Shown here: one piece after another, positions 37,215 through 44,565 of the stretch
Layout of the letters: each line of letters starts with the position of its first letter
How positions within the stretch are numbered: the first letter of the stretch is position 1
Source of the DNA: an uncultured Bacteroidales bacterium
GTDB taxonomy: Bacteria > Bacteroidota > Bacteroidia > Bacteroidales > VadinHA17
DNA length: 64,000 nt
Direction of reading: 5' to 3'
NCBI GenBank assembly: GCA_963698535.1
Contig: CAVORD010000002.1
Location: 10,900-74,899, forward strand
The notes under the pieces: generated by a model
Told to the model about the DNA's origin: nothing
What the model saw: only the letters and a program-made list of their open reading frames with translations
The model's database searches: none
Translations under genes and position numbers: made by a program

Positions 37215-38654
37215 TTATTTACCCTGATCAGGGCCGACAATTACAATTTTTTTACTAACACATGCCTCCCTGACAGCTCCGTTTTCATCGGGAGCACCAG
37301 AAACAATAAGTTGAACATTATAGTTTCCGGGTATGGCAAAGCTTTTCTCTGTAGTTGCTCCTGTTGATGATGTCCCGTCGTCAAAGTTCCAGTAGTATCT
37401 TGTTATATTCCAGCCCGGCAGGTTGGTAGGCGATGAATCGAAAGTGACCTGATCACCGGCTTTGGCACTTTCAGCAGCAGTAAATACTGCCTGTTCTGTC
37501 TTTCTTATTTCGAGAAAATATGTCACCTCGTTATACTTAACTTCCCCTGTAATGAGGTTCACAGCATTTAGCTTTACAAGGTAATCCCCGGGGTTTTCAA
37601 AACAGTGCTCGGCAGTGATACCACGGGCCTTTTTACCATCGCCAAAGTCCCACTCATAAAGAAACGGCGTTGAATCAAGCTTAACAGCATTTTCCTCAAC
37701 GAACTCATAGCAATATGAATCGACAACAGCCTCAGAACAGTTAAGCTTTCTGATAACCGTTGATGAAAATCTGTAGATATCGTCATTACGTCGCCTGTTA
37801 CTGGTGAAATAGCCAGACTGTCCGTCCTTTTCAATAGCAACGGCAAAATCGTCCGATGGAGAATTTATTGGCTCCGGCATTGGCGAAGGTTTCATCCATG
37901 AGCCATATTGAAGAAGAGTAAAGTAGACATCGAGGCCTCCTTTGCCACCTTGCCTGTCGGATGAAAAATAGAGGCGCCCTGAGCTGTGAAAAAAAGGATA
38001 TAGCTCCGATGAGGGAGTATTGACCAGCGGTCCGGCATTTACCGGTTTCCCCCATCCATTGGCTGTACGCTCACAATAGTAAATATCGGCTCCACCCTGT
38101 CCTCCCGGCATATCACTTGAAAAGAAGAGGTATTTACCGTCGGTGCTTATTGAGGGATGTGCCACATGATAGTCGGTAGTGTTATACTCAAAGGGTTTAA
38201 TATCTGTCCATTTACCGCCTGATTTAATGGCAGTGAAGATGCCCAGTTTATTCTGGGTTTTCTTCTTTTTTGCTTGCTTTCCTGTAACAATATCCCGAGT
38301 AAAATATACTTTATTGCCATCGGGACTGAAACAAAGCGGGCCCTCTGAGAGAGGTGTTGTAAGATCGTCGGACCAGATTCCGGGCTTTCGCCATTTTGTT
38401 GAATCTCTCTTTTCAGCAAAGTAAACATCCCAAACCCTAAGTCCGTCGAAAGTATTATAGTCCGATACGACCTTACTCTTGCGGTTGGAGCAGAAAATTA
38501 TTCCGTCACCGGTAATTACCGGAGCTATATCGTCAAACAGTGATGAACTTACAGGAAGAATTACAACCTCAAACATAGGTGGTTCCTGTCCGCTGGCAAA
38601 CTCAACCCCGAACAATGAAAATATTAACAATAATAACAGTGCTTTCCCCTTCAT
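37215..38654 (-). CDS. PD40 (TolB-like WD40 beta-propeller) repeat + 2x PKD domain secreted protein
   Basis: Repeats of the type ...S.P.....G..LYF.SDR.GG.GG.D.Y. PKD motifs YEWDFGDGKKARG...GDYLVKLNAVN and YYWNFDDGTSSTG...GNYNVQLIV. The ATG at 38654 gives the signal peptide MKGKALLLLLIFSLFG. Confidence 0.75.
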   Translation of the reverse strand: MKGKALLLLLIFSLFGVEFASGQEPPMFEVVILPVSSSLFDDIAPVITGDGIIFCSNRKSKVVSDYNTFDGLRVWDVYFAEKRDSTKWRKPGIWSDDLTTPLSEGPLCFSPDGNKVYFTRDIVTGKQAKKKKTQNKLGIFTAIKSGGKWTDIKPFEYNTTDYHVAHPSISTDGKYLFFSSDMPGGQGGADIYYCERTANGWGKPVNAGPLVNTPSSELYPFFHSSGRLYFSSDRQGGKGGLDVYFTLLQYGSWMKPSPMPEPINSPSDDFAVAIEKDGQSGYFTSNRRRNDDIYRFSSTVIRKLNCSEAVVDSYCYEFVEENAVKLDSTPFLYEWDFGDGKKARGITAEHCFENPGDYLVKLNAVNLITGEVKYNEVTYFLEIRKTEQAVFTAAESAKAGDQVTFDSSPTNLPGWNITRYYWNFDDGTSSTGATTEKSFAIPGNYNVQLIVSGAPDENGAVREACVSKKIVIVGPDQGK

Positions 38655-38655
38655 T

Positions 38656-39579
38656 TTAAAAGTATCTTGGATTAGAAGCACTCACCCTGTTTGTAAATTC
38701 AAACCTCATCACAATTTCATGTGAACCGGATGAGAACTTAGATAATCCCCCCATTTGATAGTCGTAAGCGTATCCTATTTTAAGTTTCTGACCCAGTTGA
38801 AGTTCGAGTATCCCTACCAGTGCCTCCTCACCTATTCTCCATGAGCCCCCCAGCCATACCACATCGCCAAATATAAAGTTAGCGTTAAGATCGGCACCAT
38901 AGGTATTATTCATATACAATTTAAGCAAAGCTGAAGGCTTGAATTTAAATGCCTCACTAAATGTAATAAGCCCACCACCAAATACAAGGATATCATAATT
39001 CTGGACAGAGTTATAGACTTCATATCCCGATCCTGAGGATGCCTCCCTGTAGCTCAGGAAAGCTGGAATTGATGCTCCCAGGAACGCATTATCGGAGTAG
39101 TAATAGATACCAGCCCCTACATTAGGCAGCGTATAAGAGGAAGCCCCGTCTGTAAAAACAGGATCAGGAGTAATGGTGTATACACTTGCAAGGTTGTTGT
39201 TACTCATATCGACACCTGCTTTCAGACCAAAAGATATTTTGCCCTTGTTACCTGCTCTAATTCTATAAGCATAGTGACCATAAATACCTGTTGTTTTGGT
39301 TACACCATAGGTAAGATACTGACCCATAAGTCCGATAGCGACGCGGTCGCTTTTTAAGGGTGCATGAACAGAAAAACTCTGAAAAAGCGGGCTTCCTTCG
39401 AGACCGGCCCATTGCTGACGGTAGTAGAATGTTGAACTGAGGGCACCTCTTGAGCCTGCATAGGCCGGGTTGATAATAATACCATCCATCAAATATTGGC
39501 TATAAACCGGATAGACCTGAGCAGAGGTGTCAGTTAAAAAGGCGGAAAATAAAAGAAGGATAATATACCTGAATCTCAT
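38656..39579 (-). CDS. Type IX secretion system membrane protein, PorP/SprF family
   Basis: Signal peptide, then the family signature ...YSQY....IINPAYAG.......F.YR.QW.G.EG.P...F..H.PL. Predicted beta-barrel of about 300 aa. It lies directly downstream of a type-B CTD cargo gene with a 4-nt overlap. Confidence 0.85.
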   Translation of the reverse strand: MRFRYIILLLFSAFLTDTSAQVYPVYSQYLMDGIIINPAYAGSRGALSSTFYYRQQWAGLEGSPLFQSFSVHAPLKSDRVAIGLMGQYLTYGVTKTTGIYGHYAYRIRAGNKGKISFGLKAGVDMSNNNLASVYTITPDPVFTDGASSYTLPNVGAGIYYYSDNAFLGASIPAFLSYREASSGSGYEVYNSVQNYDILVFGGGLITFSEAFKFKPSALLKLYMNNTYGADLNANFIFGDVVWLGGSWRIGEEALVGILELQLGQKLKIGYAYDYQMGGLSKFSSGSHEIVMRFEFTNRVSASNPRYF

Positions 39580-42332
39580 CTTCCTGACCGTTTTATTATT
39601 ATGTATCCGCTGTATTTGTCAACTGCCGGCTTTGTAATCGTTAAGAGGTAATAGTAGGTGCCTTCCGGCAGGTCTGCGCCATTCTTGTCCTTGCCATCCC
39701 AGAATCCTGTTGTGGCACTGTAGTTCTTTTTACGAAATACCTCAACACCTTTAATATTTATTATCACCAATTCATTTTCGGTACCATCGTGGATGCCTAT
39801 TTCAAAAGTATCGTTTATACCATCATTACCAGGTGAGAATCCTCCCGGAATAACCAGTCCCGGCACTTCAACAATGACTCTGTCGGTTGCTGCCGGGCAG
39901 ACACCGTTTATTACGCTCCACTCCAGTTCATTTTGTCCGAACCACAGATCTGATACAGTTGTGGCAGGAAGAACATCGTTGCCAAACAGTGGGGTTCCTT
40001 TACTTGAGACGATGCTCCACTTGGTTGCTGTTGAGCGCACAGGCGTTACGGCGTTAAGGGTTGTATTGAACTCAAAAGGCATTAGAAACTGATCAGGGCC
40101 TGCGTCGGCCGGATCGGGTTGCTGCCAGAAGGTAACATCCACAGATGCTGAATCCTTGCACTGCCAGTTGGTCTCTTTCCACCAGAAGCGCCAGATTCCA
40201 TAACCAGAAACTGTAACAGTATGTGAAGCTGAAGTAATGGCATTGGCAGCAGCTGTAACGGGGGTTGTTTTGTAATCCCACGTCCCTACGCCGATGCTGG
40301 GAACGGCATTAAGGGTGTACGTTAGTCCGCAGGCCTCTCCATTCGTACCGGCATTTGAGTTAGGATATTTGAAGACCGTAACCTGATGTGATCCTGCTTT
40401 TGATGTTGCAAGACAGCCGTTAATATTATCCTTGATGCTTGTAAGTGTGTATGTTGAACTATTAACCGGCTTCCTCGTTATAGATGAGACTGCAGATGTA
40501 ATGGCAGAGAATGTTGAGTCAACTGATCCGTTTGACAGTACAACATCCCAGTTTCCGGACCCTGTTAAGGTCAGTCCTACTGTTACAGGTGTCCCTTCGC
40601 ATGAGTTTTGCACAACATCAGCGATAAGGCCGGTAGGAAGTGTAAGAGTATCAACTATCAGTCCGGCAGAAATGTTTGTACATTCATTCGTGGGGCCGGA
40701 TTTTACGATCCTCCTGTAGTAAATAATATCTGTTATTGCAGGGGGATCAAAACTTCCTCCGGCTACGGGAGTACCTGTTGCCGCTACCCATGCAATATTA
40801 TTGGGGCTCTGTTCCCATGTATAGGCATATGTCCCCGATCCACCTGTGGGTGTAAGGCCGTTTATTCGGGCCGGGACAGTACCATAGCATACTTCCGGTA
40901 CAGGTGGCAGGGTATTATTGGCAATTGCCCCGAATATATTAAGAGTTACTGAAGTACTTGTGTCGGCACACTGGTTCTGAAGGCCTGAAAATACCACACG
41001 CCTGAAATATCTGTTACCCAAAGCCTTAAGAGCCACCTCATCGGGATTGTAGGTTGCTGTGTTTATAGTTCCTGTGGGTACCAGAGGAGCTGTAGCAAAG
41101 TTATCGGCACTTATCTCCCACTTAAAGTTATAGGATCCGTCGCCGCCGGTGAGTGCCGGTCCTGACTGAACCAGATCGGTAAAGTTTGTTCCCTCGCAGA
41201 TCGACTGATCTGTTTGTATGTTATTATTCAAGATCAGTGGAAGAACAGTTATTTTCAACGAGGGAGATGCACTTGTGCATACATCTGAGTTTACAACACG
41301 GCGATACCACTTGTCAGAGCTAAGAGCCGGCGGATCAAAGTTGGACAAAGTAATTGTTCCAACGGGGACCTGGGGTGCAGTAGAGAAATTGTCGTTGCTA
41401 ACCTGCCATATGTAGGTATAGGTACCATTACCTCCTGCGGGGCCTGCATTTGCCGAATACAAAGGATCAGGGTTCTGGTTGAAACAGATCGTTGTATCGC
41501 CGTCAATAAGGTTGCCTGTGATCTGTCCGAAGAGCTCCAGCACAACCGAAGAGCTGGTGCTTTGGCAAGTGTTATTTAATCCTGAGTATACTATTCTTCT
41601 AAAATACTTCTTGCCTGCGGCAACCAGAAGTGCTTCGTCGGGGTTGTAAGCGGCACCTGTTATCACTCCTGTGGCATCACCAAAAGCAATATTGTCCGTG
41701 CTCTGTTCCCATTTGTAAAGATAGGAGGAGTTACCACCGGTAAGTAACGTTCCTGAATGAGCCAGGTCGGTAAAGAGAGATCCTTCGCAAAGAGTCTGGT
41801 CGGAGGCAACATTATTATTTGCGATCAGCGGCAGTACTGTTATTTTAACGGCATTAGAGGTATTGGTACATACGCTAGAATTCACGACCCTGCGATACCA
41901 GGTGTCTGTTGTCAGTGCAGCCGGATCGTATTTGCTCCCGGTTATAGTTCCGCCGGGGACCTGAGGGGCTGTACCAAAGTTATCTGTGCTCTGTTGCCAG
42001 GTATAAGTATATGTTCCTGAGCCACCTCCCGGTAATGGCACCAATGGATACAGGGCATTGGGGTCCTGTGAGAAACAAATGGTGGTATCTGTTCCAATGT
42101 TATTGTTTACAATTATGGGAAGGACAGTAAACTTTATCTCCTTGCTTATGTCGGTAATGGCCCCTGACTGATACCACTCTTCTGAAGAAGGCATTACCTG
42201 CGACGACTTCCGCGGGAGGTGTTGGATAATTCTTGCTTGTAGCAGCACCCACAGGTGTCCATGCCCCGGCACCGAATTTTCTTTCCCACTGATATGTATA
42301 TGCTCCTGTTCCTCCGAGTGGGCTTGTACCAT
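39576..42332 (-). CDS. Large repeat adhesin with a T9SS type-B (gliding-motility-associated) C-terminal sorting domain; the intact 3' 2.76 kb of a ~4.2-kb gene
   Basis: C-terminus VIPGGFSPGNDGINDTFEI......L.I.N..G..VF......WDGKDKNG..LP.GTYYY. Upstream are at least 5 Ig-like modules of about 100 aa. The first ~60 codons of this ORF are read-through in the wrong frame. Confidence 0.8.
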   Translation of the reverse strand: MVQAHSEEQEHIHISGKENSVPGHGHLWVLLQARIIQHLPRKSSQVMPSSEEWYQSGAITDISKEIKFTVLPIIVNNNIGTDTTICFSQDPNALYPLVPLPGGGSGTYTYTWQQSTDNFGTAPQVPGGTITGSKYDPAALTTDTWYRRVVNSSVCTNTSNAVKITVLPLIANNNVASDQTLCEGSLFTDLAHSGTLLTGGNSSYLYKWEQSTDNIAFGDATGVITGAAYNPDEALLVAAGKKYFRRIVYSGLNNTCQSTSSSVVLELFGQITGNLIDGDTTICFNQNPDPLYSANAGPAGGNGTYTYIWQVSNDNFSTAPQVPVGTITLSNFDPPALSSDKWYRRVVNSDVCTSASPSLKITVLPLILNNNIQTDQSICEGTNFTDLVQSGPALTGGDGSYNFKWEISADNFATAPLVPTGTINTATYNPDEVALKALGNRYFRRVVFSGLQNQCADTSTSVTLNIFGAIANNTLPPVPEVCYGTVPARINGLTPTGGSGTYAYTWEQSPNNIAWVAATGTPVAGGSFDPPAITDIIYYRRIVKSGPTNECTNISAGLIVDTLTLPTGLIADVVQNSCEGTPVTVGLTLTGSGNWDVVLSNGSVDSTFSAITSAVSSITRKPVNSSTYTLTSIKDNINGCLATSKAGSHQVTVFKYPNSNAGTNGEACGLTYTLNAVPSIGVGTWDYKTTPVTAAANAITSASHTVTVSGYGIWRFWWKETNWQCKDSASVDVTFWQQPDPADAGPDQFLMPFEFNTTLNAVTPVRSTATKWSIVSSKGTPLFGNDVLPATTVSDLWFGQNELEWSVINGVCPAATDRVIVEVPGLVIPGGFSPGNDGINDTFEIGIHDGTENELVIINIKGVEVFRKKNYSATTGFWDGKDKNGADLPEGTYYYLLTITKPAVDKYSGYIIIKRSGR

Positions 42333-43759
42333 TGAGGTCAGGTAAAATAATATTCTGGCAGATAGTATCGATCTGATTGCCCGTGATTGATGAAGAGACT
42401 GAGTTAAAAAGGAAACCTGTAATGTTCAAAGCCAATGGAGTTTTAATAGATCCGACGTTACCAACTGTGGCCTCTGACAATCCATTTGTTCCTCCGGCTC
42501 CTCCGCACACCTGTTCCAGTAGCGCCACCATTAGAATGAGGATTTCAGCCAAATAAGAGCCACCGCCGCCGCCTCCGCCCATTCCAAAGGTGTTAATGTT
42601 AACATCTCCACCTTCGCCACCTCTTGCACTAACCTTAATGTTGATGGTCCAGTAACTTTGGACTGATAGGACAATTGATCCTGCTCCTCCTCCACCACCG
42701 GCACCAGCAGTACCTGACGCGACACCTGAAACAGAATCTCCATCGGCTATAATTTTTTATCCATTCCCGTGAATAATGTCGGCAATAATGAAAATAATAC
42801 CACCTCCATTTCCACCCGGTGTTGCAACCACCGACCGGTATATGTTTACTTGATCCTCCGCCTCCACCCTAAAAATATATCCGTTTGTATCTATCGAGCC
42901 TGACCAACCCCTTCCTCCGATTCCTCTTGCCAAGCGGTGAAGAACATCCATCTTCAAGGTAACCTAAGCCTCCTGCCCCATGAGATCCTCCTCCTCCACC
43001 GCCAGGATATCTTCCGCTTCCGGCACCCCCTCCTGTAAAGTTTGCACCTCTACCCTTTGTAAAACCAGGATATCCAGGAGCATTAAATGCATCGTTTGCA
43101 GTGTGCAATTCCCTCCCCTTTAAAGCCTGCCGCTTAGGGATGCTGTGGGATATGAGATATGAATTGCATCGACTGCAAAGGTCATCTGCTCCCAATGTAA
43201 CAGCATCCTCCCTTAAAACCCTTACCGGTAACATCTACTGTCTGCGGCAAGATTAAGTGATGTCCCAACAAAGAATGCTAAGAACACCCCCTGTACCAGT
43301 TGCCGGATTCCACGCTTGAGCAGTCAAATTTGCCGTCACGTTGCTGAGTTGTAGAAGGGAACTTTTATTAGCTGCACTGAGCCATTAGCATCGAATGAGC
43401 CATATGTATATATTGAGAAACCTGATATCTGAAACACCGGGAGCCCCTACTGCCTGAACAATAAAAAACTCATGACTACCAGGTCTGCCATATAGACTTT
43501 GAGCAGCTCCATACAAACCACCGTTTGTAGTATAGATCCTCAAACCCTTCATCTGGATCAGAAGGACAGTATCGCCAACAGAATAACCGGCCGTACTGGT
43601 AACCGTAACATAATCTGCCCCGACGGCTGTGACCTTTACATACTGATTAATTACACCCGAGATGGGTGTCTGAGCAATAAGGGGGAAAGAGGTTAACAGC
43701 AACAAAATCGCTAAACAGCTGGTTGCCAAATATTTCCGCAAATTCTCACTCTCGTACAT
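42100..43759 (-). pseudogene. 5' part of the same adhesin gene (signal peptide + glycine-rich region), broken into at least six reading-frame segments
   Basis: The pieces read in order. MYESENLRKYLATSCLAILLLLTSFPLIAQ...IQMKG...(43759-43385). SIYTYGSFDANGSVQLIKVPFYNSAT. NVTANLTAQAWNPATGTGGVLSIL. ...VDVTGKGFKGG. ...KGRGANFTGGGAGSGRYPGGGGGGSHGAGGLG (43234-42869). ...ATPGGNGGGIIFIIADIIHGNG (42957-42757). ...MGGGGGGGSY...ITGNQIDTICQ...TYQWE (42582-42100). Confidence 0.6.
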
Positions 43760-43836
43760 CAGACGTCTATATAACCTGCTAATATAATTAAATATTTCTT
43801 TTCTCCAATTAATGCCAGAGCCCTGCCTGTTATGCT

Positions 43837-44565
43837 TTAAAGCTTCTCCACGGTGTATAGCAAAGGCAGCTCAACATAGAAAGTTGTACCTCCTCCAGAG
43901 AGTGATTCAAACCACACTTTACCGCCTGCTGTCTCAGTAAATCTTTTAACTATAGATAATCCCAGTCCCATACCCGATGATTTTGTTGTAAAATTGGGAG
44001 TAAAAAGTCTCTCTCTCATATTCTCGGGTATACCTGTACCGTTATCCTTCAGGCTTACTTTGACAACATCGCTGTAACAAACCAGGTCGATCTTAATAAC
44101 GCCTTTCTTGCCTGCAGGGATAGCCTGAACTGCATTCTTCAACAGGTTGCTGAAGATTCCGTTTATCTGTTCCTTATCGGCCGTTATAAAGACAGAGGAA
44201 AGGTTCCCGTAGTTAACTTCGAAATGTAAATTCTCTGTCTTAAGGTACAGCTCAACTGCTCTGGATATCTGTTCGATAAGGTCCATTTTTACCGGAGCCG
44301 GCCTGGGCATCCGTGCAAAGCTGGAAAAGGCAGTTGCTATTGCAGAAAGGTTGTCGATATACTCGATCTGGTTCTCGGTAAACTTCTCTATCTTACTGTC
44401 AAACCCTTCAGCCTTATCCTTCCATGCTTTAAGCAGCTGCTGAACATTCAGCTTCATTGGTGTGAGAGGGTTTTTGATCTCATGAGCTATCTGCTTTGCC
44501 ATCTCTCTCCAGGCCACCTCCCTCTCTGATGCCGACAGCGCTCTCGCACTCTGCTTCAAGCTCAT
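43837..44565 (-). CDS. Sensor histidine kinase, C-terminal fragment (HisKA + HATPase_c)
   Basis: H-box AHEIKNPLTPM (NtrY-like). N, G1 and G2 boxes (...LLKNAVQA..., DNGTGIP, GMGLGLSIVK). Confidence 0.85.
   Translation of the reverse strand: MSLKQSARALSASEREVAWREMAKQIAHEIKNPLTPMKLNVQQLLKAWKDKAEGFDSKIEKFTENQIEYIDNLSAIATAFSSFARMPRPAPVKMDLIEQISRAVELYLKTENLHFEVNYGNLSSVFITADKEQINGIFSNLLKNAVQAIPAGKKGVIKIDLVCYSDVVKVSLKDNGTGIPENMRERLFTPNFTTKSSGMGLGLSIVKRFTETAGGKVWFESLSGGGTTFYVELPLLYTVEKL

Noticed and set aside
42531-42743. 70-aa ORF MEILFQVSRQ... within the adhesin 5' region.
   Set aside because: It is in the wrong frame. The overlapping frame gives the expected Gly-rich continuation (...GTAGAGGGGGAGSIVLSVQSYWTINIKVSARGGEGGDVNINTFGMGGGGGGG).
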